A stretch of DNA of 64,000 nt, from the NCBI GenBank assembly GCA_963514005.1, contig OY740783.1, positions 20,646,001 to 20,710,000 of the forward strand, in the 5' to 3' direction. The notes beneath the pieces are model-generated. The model worked only from the letters and a program-made list of their open reading frames with translations, searched no databases and was not told where the DNA came from. This document shows, one piece after another, positions 38,058 to 51,418 of the stretch. How positions within the stretch are numbered: the stretch's first letter is position 1; each line of letters starts with the position of its first letter. This stretch comes from Raja brachyura (taxonomy: Eukaryota). The position numbers and the translations under genes were made by a program.

Positions 38058-38430
38058 TGAGAGTCTCTGTCCCATCGGCACAGAGACTCTCACGGCAGCG
38101 GCGCAACGCTTCCAACGCCTCCGATCGGCCCGGGACTCTTGCACTGCTCCATGGCCGGAGTTGCAGCGAGCGACTCGCAGGCCCCGTAAACACTCGCCAG
38201 CCCCGGCTTTCCGTCCGCATCTGTTCCCGCCGCTACATCTGCTTCCATCCCTCCCTCAGCCCCGGCTCTCCAACACCCGTGGACCATGCAGTTTATCTGA
38301 GTTTTGACATTTTCGTTGATCACAGAATATCTCACCACAGAGCGTGACAAATTTCTGATCAGCGTGAGGGCGTGAGAATTTCTTCAAATGCGTGATTCTC
38401 ACACTCAAAGCGTGAGAGTTGGCAGCCTTG

Positions 38431-40312
38431 TGGTGGATGTGGTGCATCTGGACTTTCAAAAAGCCTTTGACAAGGTCCCACACAAGAGATTAGTGAGCAA
38501 AGTTAGAGCACGTGGTATTGGGGGCAGGATATTGACATGGATAGAGAACTCATTGGCAGACAGGAAGCAAAAAGTAGGAATTAACAGGTCCTTTTCAGAA
38601 TGGCAGGCAGTGACTAGTGGGGTGCCACAAGGCTCGGTGCTGGGATCCCAGTTATTTACAATATATTTACAATATATATTAACGATTTAGATGAGGGAAT
38701 TAAGCGTGACATTTCCAAATTTGCAGATGACACAAAGCTTGGTGGCAGTGTGAGCTGCGATGAGGGTGCTTTGAGGCTGTAGGGTGATTTGGATAGGTTG
38801 GGTGAGTGGGCAAATGCAGTGCGGATGCTGTATAATGTGGATAAATGTGAGGTTATCCACTTTGTTGGCAAAAACAGGAAGGCAGATTATTATCTGAATG
38901 TGTCAGATTAGGAAAAGGGGAGGTGCAACGTGACATGGGTGTGCTTGACATCAGTCACTGAAAGTAAGCATGCAGGTACAGAATCAGAATGCCTTTTATT
39001 GTCACTATACACATGTACAATGAGATTAAAAGCTGCTCCTACTCAGTGCAAAACTAAAGGGGGGGGGGGATAAGGTGCACAGTTTCTGCGGCGCTATATA
39101 CATATCTAAAAAAAGACAATGGATAAATAGAATGAATAAATAGGATTCCTATATCCAGTATGGGTTATTGCACATATTGGAAATTACAGTTACAGTACAA
39201 ATTACAGTAGGTGGATAGATGAAAGTCCAGGGGTTAGGCTGTGAAGTCAATGCATGTGTGAGTTCCAGGAGATAATGGATTTTGTAAAGAAACTGTTCTT
39301 GAGTCTATTTGTCCTTGTGCTGATGCACCTATAGCGCCTCCCTGAGGGCAGCAGGACAAACAGGCCAAATGCAGGATGGGAGCTGTCCTTGATAATGTTC
39401 TTTGCCCTGCTGAGGCAGCGGGAGGTGTAAATGTCCATCAGAGAGGGGAGAGGGCAGCCGATGATCTTCTGTGCTGCCCTAACTACCCTCTGAAGCCTCT
39501 CCTTGTCTGCCATGGTGCAGCTGCCGTACCATGCTGTAATGCAGTATGTCAACAGGCTCTCAATGGACGAGCGGTAGAAGGTCAGCAGCAGGTTGGAGTC
39601 CAGGTTGTACTACCTGAGGACCCTCAGGAAGTGCAGCCGCTGCTGAGCCTTCTTGATTACCGTACAGAAGGCAGTGAAGAAAGCAAATGACATGTTTGAC
39701 TTAATTGCGAGAGGATTTGAGTTTAGGAGCAAGGAGGTCCTACTGCAGCTGTACAGGGCCCTAGTGAGACCACACCTGGAGTACAGTGTGCAATGTTTGT
39801 TTCCTAATTTGAGGAACGACATTATTGCTATTGAGGCAGTGCAGCGTAGGTTCACCAGGTTCCCAGGATGGCGGGACCAACATATGATGAAAGAATGGGT
39901 CGACTGGGCTTGTATTCACGGGAATTTAAAAGAATGAGAGGTGTTCTTATAGAAACATATAAAATGCTTAAAGGATTAAATGCAAGAAAAATATTCCTGA
40001 TGTTGGGGAAGTCCAGAACCAAGGGTCACAGTTTAAGAATAAGTCCGCCAAAAACGTCTTCACCAAGAGAGTTGTGAAACTGTGGAATTCTCTGCCACAG
40101 AAGGCAGTGGAGTATAATTCACTGGATGTTTTCAAGAGAGATTTAGATTTAGCTCTTAGGGCTAAAGGAATCAAAGGATATGGGGAAAAAGCAGGAATGG
40201 GGAAAAAGCATGATTTTAGATGATTAGCCATGATCATATTGCATGACCGTGCTGGCTCGAAGGTCTGAATAGTCTACGCCTGCACTTATTTTTCTAAGTT
40301 TTCTATGTTTTT
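38431..40312 (+). mobile_element. CR1-type LINE RT and 3' end, split by a Rex1-like insertion
   Basis: VDVVHLDFQKAFDKVPHKRL...GVPQGSVLG...; resumes VQKAVKKANDM at 39662. Confidence 0.9.
38984..39661 (-). mobile_element. Rex1/Babar-like LINE 3' fragment
   Basis: Minus ORF LTYCITAWYGSCTMADKERLQRVVRAAQKIIG...LLPSGRRYRCISTRTNRLKNSFF; TSD gtacagaa (38976-83 and 39662-69). Confidence 0.88.
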
Positions 40313-42069
40313 CTATTATGGACAATCCGATCTTCATCTCACCACCGCACACTTGCTCACTTCCTGTTAGCCCTTTAGCCGTGACAGGTCCAAGTACTCT
40401 AGTTGTTTATTTGTACTTGTATTAAGGATTGTACCCACCAGACTTAGATTACATACATTTCAGAGCAATCATTCCTTCACATGTTACTATGGAAATGCCC
40501 CTTATGAGTTGACATCTGTTTATTTTGTACTGTAACTTCTCTCAAATTATATAAAAATGAAAATAATGTGTAAAATCTCCCGACCCCACAACTTTGAGAA
40601 CCTCCATGAAATGTACAGCAGCAAATCATCACAGCTTTTTTGATCGTGTCTCCCAATGTGTGACCTCTTCCACTTTCAAGATCAAGTCCAACAGATGCAG
40701 GTGACACAACCAAATGTAAATCTTCCTTCAAGTCACACCGTGTCCTGACTTTGAACTGTGTTTCAGCCCATTCATTGTCCCTTTGTTGTATTTGGAGTTG
40801 AACCCTGAAACTCCTTGGTCAACAGTATGATCTGAGGACCATCAGCATTCTGTTGCAACTGCAGAAGGTGGCTTGCTGCTACCTACTGGTGGGCAATTAA
40901 AGATGCACATTGATCATTGATGCTATCACTTTGCTTCAATCGGAGAAATCACAACTTTATCTTCCCACAAGTAAAAGCTTTTACCCCTTGTACTATCCTG
41001 GACAATCTCTCCCAACTGTGCCCTAATTAATAATTTGCATGGATTTGTATTACCTCTTTCCTTCTATTCTTTTTATCCCTGTTTATTTGTACTTGTATTA
41101 TGACTTGTACCCACCAGGCTTAGATTGCAGGTTTATTATAATCCCAGTAAATATTTATTGTTATAATTTCACTTTTTCTGGCCTACCCCTTCCAGCAGTT
41201 TGAATCACCAAGATTTTGTGTACCTCTCCTCCAATACGTTTTTTTTTAGGGTTTTCTGATTGGTATTCCTTATGTGTTCCTTATATCATTAAATTCAGTC
41301 CAACAAGTCGACAAACCAACATTGTCCTGAACTTTCACAATCAACTTCACAGTTCACTCTGTGGATCATTTTTGACCTTGGTTTCTACGACTAAGTCTTT
41401 TACATGAAGAGAAATAATGGTGCTGACACTATCACATGGAGATAATTATCCCTTGATGTCCAAAACAATATCAACATCTAATCTGTCTAACCTGTCCTTG
41501 AGCCTACCTTTTGCTCATGATGCTATCTCCCGACAATATTCGCAACATCATTTATATCAACAAGGGTTCTATGCCTTTTGAATATCTAAGTGCACTAAAA
41601 GTACATTAGTCACATGAAACCCTCAATGATGTCGATAACCGTAACAGAATCATGTGTAATATTTATTTATTTATTTTTAAAATTCCTCTATGATCACTTA
41701 AGCACTTGAACAGAAGTGACACGGTGCAGGTCCATTTAGAAGTATGACTGTGCAATTGACTCATTCAGCTACTTATTCCCCTGTTCATAGAGAAGTTGGC
41801 TGCTGAATATAATTATGAATCAAGTCATTCCATTGTTCATTGTACGACATCTCTGGATTACCTGACTACATCGCCTGGGCTTTAGTTGAAGGCACTATAT
41901 TTGATCGATAACATTAAGGAAAGCTCTGCCAACCCTGGTCTGCTGGTCTATCGGAGAAAGGGAAATTTCAGAAGAAATGGTGTAGCTCACTTAGGCAACA
42001 TTGTCGGCTTGGACAAGACGGGCCCAAGAGCCCATTTCCATGCTGTTTAACTCCAGGACTGTCAAGTAT

Positions 42070-42390
42070 GCAATGACTCCTGAGCAAGGTATTCAAGGTT
42101 ATTTGACACAAAATGCAGGAGTAACTCAACGGGACAGGCGGCAACTCTGGAGAGAAGGAAAGGGTGACATTTCAGGTCGAGACCCTTCTTTAGACTAAGA
42201 GTCAAGGGGAGAGGAAGACGAGAAATATGGAAGGGTAAGGTGTGAAAACGATAGATCAAAGCAGGCGATGATCAAGGAAATGTAGAATGATTCATTTTTA
42301 ACTGAGGGGAAGGTGACAACGAGGCATGCAATCAGTAAAATTAATCAGGAGAGTGAAACTCGTCAGGGAACTAGGGTATTCAAGGTTATT
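42070..42390 (-). mobile_element. Penelope-like 3' fragment
   Basis: Pseudo-LTR motif gtaactca..gggacaggc...gacccttctt; flanked by the repeat ggtattcaaggttatt (42088, 42376). Confidence 0.75.
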
Positions 42391-42513
42391 AGTCTGGTCT
42401 GGAAAGATCATTTATTTTAAACAGATAAAGATGAAGAGAATGAGCTTTAGGCAAGGATGCTGTGAATACTTTATACAGGGCACTTATCTGCTGTTAATAC
42501 GCTGACCCATTTC

Positions 42514-43184
42514 ATGCCTACCCATTCGCAATTTGCTGCTGTTATGAAAGTCCTGGACAAAAAAAGAATAAGGTATCATCACCGTCAAATTCTAAGCAAA
42601 TATAAGATCCTAAGGTTTGCTAACTTTATTTCCTTACATTTAGTTAAATTGGTCTTCAGGTGCCTAAATGGCGCTGCTCCCCAGCTGCTGTGCAAAACAA
42701 TAACAAGACTGCAAAGTGGTACCAGATCCACCACCCGTGCAGCGTTAAAAGGCAATTGTAGTATCCCCTTCTGCAGAACATCTTTTGCTCAAACTGCCTT
42801 TTCAGTAAAAGGGACAAAATTATGGAACTCACTGCCAGACCACTTGAAATGTATCCCTACATATGTCACATTCAAAAGAAACACAAAATTGTGGCTAATT
42901 CAACACCAATCTTGTTCTCATATTTCGTTTTTACACTGTGCTCTCTCTGTATGTCTTTTTCTCTTTTCCATTTTTTATCTCATTTCCATTTCCATTTTCC
43001 TATTTTTAATAATGTTAATCTGTATTATCATTTTTAACCAAAAGCCCTACTAGGGACAAGTGTTGCGAATTAGCTTTGGCTAAAAACACTATGATGCATT
43101 CATCAGATGACTGTTTCAAGTGTAGCTATGTTTTTGTATCTGCCCCTATTTAAATAAACCTTAATCAATCAAATCAATCAAATC
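42514..43184 (+). mobile_element. L2/Crack/Daphne-like LINE 3' end
   Basis: Open frame ...FCRTSFAQTAFSVKGTKLWNSLPDHLK..TFKRNTKLWL; 3' UTR with aataaa and (aatc)n tail. Confidence 0.75.
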
Positions 43185-43494
43185 CAGACACACTTGGATA
43201 TTTTGAAAATTGATGAACAATAGCACGAATGTTGTGCTTTTTCCTCTCAGCAAATTCACCGTTGGGCTTGAAATGAGTTGCCATCAAGATATTTTGCAAA
43301 CCATTACATAATAAAGCAATCATTGAATTGATCATTAAATTATTGAAACTGTCAGCCAGGCAAACCTCTGGTCACCAGCAGAATTCTTCTATACTTTCCT
43401 CGCAAGATCTGGCTGTAGAGCTAACGACTTTTTTCTTTGTATCTCCACCTCACCATACACATTTTTTCACAGTACTTGCACCGCACTGTATTAG

Positions 43495-43775
43495 TGTAGT
43501 TTAGTTTAGTTTTGAGATATAGCAAGGAAACAGGCCCGTTGGCTCACGCCGACCAGCGATCCCCGCACACTAACGCCATCCTACACACACTAGTGATAGT
43601 TTACAATTGTACCCCACCAATTAGCCTACAAACCTGTATGTCTTTGGAGTGTGGGAGTGTCATCGCACAGAACACAGGGTGAGTGTACAAACTCCGTACA
43701 GACCGCACCCATAGTCAGGATCAAACCTGGGTCTCTGGCGCTGTAAGGCAGCAGCTCTACCGCTGCACCACCCAA
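43495..43775 (-). mobile_element. HE1-like V-SINE
   Basis: (gttta)n tail at left, ctctaccgctgcaccac head at right. Confidence 0.85.
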
Positions 43776-44292
43776 CTTGTGATGACAATAAACTTGGGTC
43801 TTATTATATTAATCTATCTGAAAATCCATCCAAGCAGCCGATGAGCTTCTGTTCAAATAGGTTTTTATCTGCAGCAAAAATGAATCACTTCTCTAATGTT
43901 ACCTGCAGCAGATCATCCATTGTTGTATGCTGAAAGGCTGCTGCCTATTACCTTGGCCTTACTGCAGTAGCAGCACTCCATTGTAGATAGTATGGCCTGT
44001 CTACCGCTGCATTAGGCTACTTGGTTGACCTTGTAATGTCACGTTGCCCCAGGAAATCGCAGGTGCACGGAGCACCCCGAGATTAGAGAAAGGAAAGTAT
44101 TAACACATTTTCATTCAATTTTCCTTTGATTTTTTTTCCTCAACCCCTTCCTTTTCCTCTCAGCTGCTGGAATACAAATAGGTTTCTGACATAGATTGCA
44201 AGTGGTGTGCCTACCTCCTCTGGCAGCTTGTTCTGTACACCCTATTAACAATAGGGCCAGATCATCTTTGCATCTGAACACAGAGAGACTAA

Positions 44293-44490
44293 CGTATAGG
44301 AAGGAACTGCAGATGCTGTATTAAACCAAAGATAGACACAAAAAGCTGGAGTAACTCAGCGGAACAGGCAGCATCTCTGGAGAAAAGGAATAGGTGATGA
44401 AGAAGGGTCTCAATCCGAAACGCCACCTATTCCTTTTCTCTGGCGATGTTGCCTAACTCGCTGAGTTACTCCAGCTTTTGTGTCCACCTT
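44293..44490. mobile_element. Penelope-derived fold-back element
   Basis: Inverted pseudo-LTR arms; imperfect TSD cacagagagactaa/cacaaagggactaa. Confidence 0.75.
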
Positions 44491-44817
44491 CACAAAGGGA
44501 CTAATGCCATGAAATATTAACTATAGAGTCAAGTCATCCTTGCCTTCATTGCTGGCCCCTTTCCCACCTCCATATCTGTGCATTCAATTTTGTGCATGGG
44601 CCAGAGGTCAAATACCAGCTCGTATGACCTCTCCCTCCACATGTAGCCTTAGCATTGAGTCCAGTAATGGTTCTCCGCCTTACAATCCTGAGGAACATAT
44701 CACACCTGGCCCCTCAGCGGTTAGCCATTCATCACTGGTATAGGTCACGCAACTCCATTCAATTCAATGGTGTCAAAAATCTGAATAAAGAGGTAAATGC
44801 TTATTAGTGGTTCACAA

Positions 44818-45140
44818 GGGTGGCACAGTGGCGCAGCGGGTAGAGCCGCTGTCTATAAACGCCGGAGACCCCAGTTTGATCCTCATCCAGGGTGCTGTCT
44901 ATGTAGAGTTTCCACATTCTCTCTGTGACCACGCGAGTTCCCTCGGAGTTTTCTGCTCTCCTCCCACATCCCAAGAAGGTCCAGGTTTATAGGTTAATTG
45001 GCCTCAGTAAATTACCCCTAGTCTGCAGGGAGTGAATGTGCAAGTGGGAATGACATGGAATGGGTGCGAACAGGTGATCAATGGTTAGCGTGAATTCGAA
45101 GGGTCAAGGGGTCTGTTTCCATGCTGTACCTTTCAATCCG
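44818..45140 (+). mobile_element. HE1-like V-SINE
   Basis: gggtggcacagtggcgcagcgg head, V-domain, tail. Confidence 0.82.
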
Positions 45141-46246
45141 TCAATAAATTAAGGATCTGCTTAAATGTACAATTTTAAAAAATAACTTTCCACGCATTCA
45201 TTCGTTTTTCATGATATAGATATCGCAGGATAGCCCAGTGTTTATTGCCTATCCCTACTGCCCTTGATAAGGTGGAGGTGAGCCATGGTCTTGAACTGCT
45301 GCATTCCTTCTGGTGAAGGTCTCTCCAGAACACTGTTTGGTCGGGATGCCAGGATTTGAATCCAATGACAATGAAGGAAGGAGCAGCGATTTCTTTACAT
45401 GTTCGGACATTGAGCGACATGGAGAGGGACCTGCAGATAGTGGTGTTCCCATGACCCGACCTTGTCATTTTTTGGTGTTAGAGGTCGTGAATTTAGGAGA
45501 TTGTGTCAGGGTAGTCGATCCGACTGTCTGCAGAACATTTTGTAGACAGAGTATCCTAAGCCAGCAAGAGAGAGGGTTACAGAGAGTTACAAAGAGAGAG
45601 CCAAACAGCTCCAGTGTTGGAGTGAACAAAAAATGTTTCGGGTAATAGGATGGATATCAATCTCTCAAATTGCTTTGTCCTGGAATGTGTTTTGTACAGA
45701 GGGTGGCCAGTGCCTGTGGTGCTGGTGCAGGCAGATATTATAATGGTGTTTAAGAGGCTTTTAGATGGGCGCATGAATGTGCAGGGAATGGAGGTATATT
45801 GATCATGTGTAGGCAGATTGGATTAATTTCATAAGTTCATAAATCATTGCAGCGGATGTAGGCCATTCAGCCCATCGAGTCTACTCCACCATTCAATCAT
45901 GGCAGATCTATCTTACCCTCTCAACCCCATTCTCCTGCCTTCTCCCCATAACCCGTGACACTCTTACTAGTCAGGAATTCATCTTGGCCTCATATCTGGC
46001 CCAGACATTGTGGGCCGAAGGGCCTGTTCCTATGCTGTACTTTTCTGTGTTCTACATTTTATGGTCTACTTAGCAGATCAGTCCCGTAAATTGAGAACTT
46101 ACTTTATTTTGTTTTTCCTCCGATGTACCAGCTTACCTGAACTGGCAGAAGAAACCTGCATAATTACTGAGTTCATTCAATGATGTATGCTTAACATGTG
46201 AGCCCTCTGGTCATGGCAACTGATCTGAATACTGCTAACATTCCAG

Positions 46247-46407
46247 GTTCCCTCATACAGCTCCCATCTGTGGAGAGAGGAAAGCTGGCCAAAGTTCGCC
46301 TAGGTTCCCTGTCTCTGAAGAAAGAAGGCGAAAGGCAGTGTTTCTTATTCACAAAACATTTCCTAATCTGCACAAGGAGTTCGGGAGGAAAATTGCATCT
46401 ATTGAAG
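46247..46407 (+). CDS. RASGRF2: RASGRF2 coding exon (probably exon 10), second PH domain
   Basis: ttccag|GT acceptor, AAG|gtgaca donor, 161 nt. (G)[53 protein letters not shown]. Confidence 0.96.
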
Positions 46408-46899
46408 GTGACATTCAGTTCTCAATAATTCTCTCCCTCATAACTAAAGGCTGTAACATTTGTTTTTCCAAAAACATGCTTTGACTGCTACTTTTTTCAC
46501 CTTAATGTTGTGTTTCGAGACCTGACTCTGGGGAAGAAGTGGAGTATGTTTACTCCAGCCATTATTCTAATTGTAAATCCTTACTCTCCAGTTATTCTTA
46601 CATTTCAATTTCCCTACTGATGGATGAAGCCTTAACGTGTATACCTGGGATAAATGGAAAAGCTTCCATCTTACATGGTTTGCCTATGTGTGTGTGTGTG
46701 TGTGTGTGCTTATCTGGGTGAGATTGTGCCTACTGCAAACCAGTCCAAAGTTCTTAGGACTGTCATTAATTCATATTGGAGCTCATTTGCACATGTTTAA
46801 GAAATAAGCATAAATACTCTCTGAAAAGATAATGCAAAGGCAGTGATGGGTGATGAGGTGTCAGGTGAGGAGTTTCCACATTAATGATCAGCCATTTAC

Positions 46900-47330
46900 A
46901 CCTCACGCTGCCTCAGCAAGGCCAGCAACATAATCAAGGACAAGTCGCACCCTGGCTACTCCCTCTTCTCCCCTCTCCCAACGGGCAAAAGGTATAGAAG
47001 TGTGAAAAAGCACACCTCCAGATTCAGGGACAGGTTCTTCCCAGCTATCAGGCAACAGGAAGAGGCCATTCGGCCCATCGAGTCTACTCTGCCATTCAAT
47101 CATGGCTGATCTATCTCTCCCTCCTAACCCCATTCTCCTGCCAAACGCAACCAGACAGCAGTCCTGAACCACTATTGGACTTTCTTTGATTGGACTTTAC
47201 TGACTTTATCTCTCACAAACAGTTATTCCTTCATCATGTATCTGTACATTGTGAATAGCTTGATTGTAATCATGTATTGTCTTTCCTCTGACAAGTTAGC
47301 ATGCTACAAAAGCTTTTCACTGTCAGTGAC
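46900..47330 (+). mobile_element. Rex1-like 3' fragment with a CR1 tail nested
   Basis: SRCLSKASNIIKDKSHPGYSLFSPLPTGKRYRSVKKHTSRFRDRFFPAIR. Confidence 0.78.
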
Positions 47331-47684
47331 AGGAGCAGAATGAGGCCATTTGGCCCATCAAGTCTGCCATTCAATCATGCCTGATCTATCTCTCATTCCT
47401 GCCTGCTCCCCATAACCCTTGACAACCGTCTAATCAAGAAACTGTAACACTGAATCACTGTACCTCGGTAAACGTGACAATGACCTAAACTGACTAAACT
47501 GTCTGGTTATTTCATAAATTACCTTCAATCTATCTTTGTTTCCTGATCCTCCTGCTCTCCCTTGTCAGGGACTCTCACTCTTAGAAACATATCTAAATAT
47601 CTTTCCCCCAATTAGGAAATTAAGCCCAGACGCCATAACGTCTCCACAAATAGGCTCGTGTCCTTTCAAGAAGCTTTCAGTGGT

Positions 47685-48080
47685 GAGAGCCCTTCCTGGT
47701 GGGGGATGGAGGTGTAGAGTGACTGGACACCCATGGTAAAGATGAGGGAGTGGGGGCCTGGAAAACAGAAGTCATTGAGGAGACGAAGAGTGTGTGAGGT
47801 GTCTTGGACATAGATCGGAGGGATTGGACCAGGGGGGATAGGATGGAGTCGGGGTATGTGGAAATTAATTTGGTGGGACATGAACAAGCAGAAACAATGG
47901 GTCTGCCAGGACAGTTCTGTTTGTGGTTTTTGGGGAGAAGATAAAATCGGGCCGTGCGGGGCTGGGGAACGATAAGGTTGGAGACTTTAGAGGGTAGGGA
48001 GCCGGAAGTGATGAAATCATTAATGGTGTTTGAGATTAAGGCTTGGTGCTCGTCTGTGGGGTCATGGTCCAAGGATAAAT
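47685..48080 (-). mobile_element. Penelope-like element reverse transcriptase fragment
   Basis: Minus ORFs PRTARFYLLPKNHKQNCPGRPIVSACSCPT and YVQDTSHTLRLLN...IFTMGVQSLYTSIPHQEGL (PLE RT motifs), frameshifted. Confidence 0.88.
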
Positions 48081-49005
48081 GTAATGTGTTTCGTCTGTTA
48101 GGCTAATACATTATTTTCAGGTCATGAGGAAAAATGTTAAACCAACCTTTACTGATATTCCTTTTCACTGCCATTATAACCAGTTGAAGGCTTCTTGTAA
48201 CAAAATCTTACTTCGCATTTGTCAATTTAATGAGATTTTGTTTTTTATTGCCAAATGTGAGCCACCAAGGTAAAGTAATTGGAAGATGCTGAACACTTTG
48301 CATTTTTGTAATGAGAACTTCATTATGGGATATAAAGTTGTACTTGTTACTGGAATCCTTTTTATTTCTAATACTGTTATGGCTAGGTACAAAATGGGGG
48401 AATAAATCTGCACTTTGTAGCTACTCTCAGAGATTGGCAGTTCCACATTGACAGCACATCCCAGATACACAGTGAGGGCCACAGCCAACTATGAGCCGTT
48501 GTGGGCCCTTTTGCCATCAGTACTGGCTCTGATCTGTCTTGTACCTTTTCACACCTCTAGTTTCCCTCCTCCCCTGACTCTCAATCTGAAGAAAGGTCAC
48601 AACCAGAAATGTCACCTATTTCTATCCTCCGGAGATGTGCTTGGCCCGCTGAGTTACTCCAGCATTTTTTTGCCTATCTTCCAGGCCAAATCTGCCTTTA
48701 CCCCGGGTTTATCAAAAACACAACCTTGTTCGTCAGCAGACAAACTGCCAAGTACAATTCTGGGTGTTGTCATGACACTGAGTCTTGTCCGGGAAGGAAA
48801 ATGGATTAGAGTAACCAATAGGAATATGTTTTAATACACAGTGCATTTAGTTATCCCATTAGATGACAAGATTGTTTTCCAGATGAATTATCAAATAGGT
48901 TCCATCTAATCCACTTTACAATATATAGAAAGAACCTATAAGGTTAATCTCCATTCACACTGTTCAAAGGTCTCTATTCATTTGTGATTTGTTTACATGC
49001 TTCAG

Positions 49006-49072
49006 GCTGGGGGCGTGCTTTCCCTGATAGACTGCACTTTAATCGAAGAACCCGATGCAAGTGAAGATGAAT
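49006..49072 (+). CDS. RASGRF2: RASGRF2 coding exon (probably exon 11), PH domain
   Basis: cttcag|GCT acceptor, GAAT|gtaagt donor, 67 nt. [22 protein letters not shown]. Confidence 0.95.
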
Positions 49073-49384
49073 GTAAGTACAGAATGGTTTCTAATTATAT
49101 ACCACAGAATAATTTGATCAGAATACGAGCTCTTTAATTTTCCTACTTTCTATATAAGCTAATATGTGGCAATGCTTTCTTTGATTAAATATTAATTATT
49201 TTGATCATAACTGAATATAATTTTTTTAATAAAACTTCATCCCTATGCAAGTACCTCAATGTATTGTGAAATAAGCTTAAGGCTTCTATACTTTAAAACT
49301 AATACAGAGCTCATACTTTATCAGCCCAATAATGTATCAGATTACTATTAAGAAGGCAGTTTAGGGAGAAAATTCCAGAGAGCC

Positions 49385-49795
49385 ACTTTAGTTTTAGTTT
49401 AGGGTTACACAAAAAGCTGGAGAAACTCAGCGGGTGCAGCAGCATCTAAGGAGCGAAGGAGATAGGCGACGTTTCGGGTCGAGACCCTTCTTCAGACAAG
49501 TTTAGACATGCAGCGCGGAAACAGGTCTTTCGGCCCACTGAGTCCGCACCAACCAGCGATCCCCACACATTAACACTATCATACGCACACTAGGGACAAT
49601 TTAGACATGCACCAAGCCAATTAATCTACAAACCTGTACATCTTTAGAGTGTGAGAGGAAACTGATAACCCATGCGGTCACGGGGAGAACGTACAAACTC
49701 CATACAGACAGCACCCGTAGTCATGATCGAACCCGGGTCTCTGGCGTTGCAAACACTGTAAGGCAGCAACTCTACCACTGCCCCACCCTGCCACC
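49385..49795 (-). mobile_element. HE1-like V-SINE with a Penelope mini-element (49402-49497) in its tail
   Basis: (gttta)n tail interrupted by gggttacacaaaaagctgg...cttcttcagac. Confidence 0.82.
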
Positions 49796-50259
49796 CTGTA
49801 ATGTATTCATGTATTATCATAACTTCCCCCAGCTGCCAATCGCACGGCAAATACTGTGGACAAGGTTGTTCTATTTAGTGAATTGAATATCAAACCTTGG
49901 CTACAGTAAGTTCTGCATATTGAAATTAATTCAGGCCCAAAGTCACTGAGATAGATAGTTTTTCTTTTAAAGGGTCCGTGGTGCCAAGAGAAAAATTTTG
50001 TTTGTGTAATGAACCGTTAGGATATAGAATGTATTCCTAGAAGCTGATAGACCTCGAGAGAAAAATGAATAAATAACTGAGAGAAGAAAAATTGTTGGAA
50101 AATGGGGAAAGGAAGGAATTGATTGTATTGCTTTCCAAAAAAGCTGGCACAAGGTCATTGGGTCAAATAGCCCCTCTCTGTCCTCTATTATTATATAAAA
50201 GGCTGATGGAATGGCAGCGAGTATTAGAGGCACTTGAATGCATATCTGAAGAAAAGCAA

Positions 50260-50565
50260 CGAGAATCGAGAATCAGAGAACATTGGTTTAAAGTGAGGGG
50301 GAAAAGATTTAATATGAGTCTGAGGGGTAACTTTTCACACAAATGATGGTGGGTGTATGGAATGAGCTGCCGGAAGAGTTATTTGCGGGAGGGACTATCG
50401 CAAATTTTAAGAAACAATTAGATGAGTACATGGATAGGACAGGTTTAGAGGGCTATGGACTAAACATAGACGAGTGGGACTAGTGTAGATGTTACATGTT
50501 GGTCGGTGTGGGCAAGTTGGGCTGACGGGCCTGTTTCCATGCTGTATGAATCTAAGACTCTATAA
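50260..50565 (+). mobile_element. CR1/HER1-like 3' fragment
   Basis: ESRIREHWFKVRGKRFNMSLRGNFSH and the conserved tail. Confidence 0.82.
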
Positions 50566-50780
50566 ATGGGGAAAGGTTTATGGCTAGGATTGTGAGCAAC
50601 ACAATTTGCTCCAACGAATCAGTGGCAAAAAGCTAAGTGAAAAATGAACTTTTTACGTTAAATTTAACATTTCCAACATTTTACATAATAGTCAGAATTG
50701 AAGATTTGCTATTATAATACATCATAAGTTAATTTAAATTCTTTGAGCCGTTCATCATGAATTTCATTTTTACCTTTTAG

Positions 50781-50917
50781 CAAAAAGCTCGAGCCATGTC
50801 TTTGGGCATCTTGACTTCAAGATTGTGGTGGAATCTGCAGATGCCACGCCATTCACAGTTGTGCTGTTAGCTCCATCTAGACAAGAAAAAGCTGCATGGA
50901 CCAGTGACATAAGCCAG
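50781..50917 (+). CDS. RASGRF2: RASGRF2 coding exon (probably exon 12), PH domain
   Basis: ttttag|CA acceptor, CAG|gtaaat donor, 137 nt. (S)[45 protein letters not shown]. Confidence 0.96.
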
Positions 50918-51418
50918 GTAAATATCATTTATATCATTAAAAATATTCCATGAATGTATATGTGTCCAATCTGTCTGAAACTCAAATTTCACTGTACCTT
51001 AATTGGTGCATGTGACAATGAACACAAACTCGAACTTGAACTTGAATTATTAGATTATGCTTTGAATTAATCTACTGTTCATGGGAACCACATCCATGAT
51101 GAAAGGAATCTAGTAACATGGGCAGGAAACACCCTAATGAATCCAACTCTGGCAACGCCAAAGCATTTGTTCTTGATTAATTAGGATGTCAGGGGTTATG
51201 GGGAGAGGGCAGGAGAATAGAAAGATAAATCAGCCATGATTGAATGGCAGAGTAGACCTGATGGGCCAAATGGTCTAATTCTTCCCCCAGAACCTTTGAA
51301 CTAATGAATTTGAGCCAAGGTTTCATCATGTTGCCATGGTCCCCTCCATATCCCACCTCCCTTAATGGTGATTAGTCAGACGTGTGCAGACATTTCTGAG
51401 CCAGAACAGGATAAGAAC

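Noticed and set aside
37514-38347. 277-aa Leu/Ser/Pro ORF
   Set aside because: Translation of a CT-rich tract that lacks stop codons by composition.
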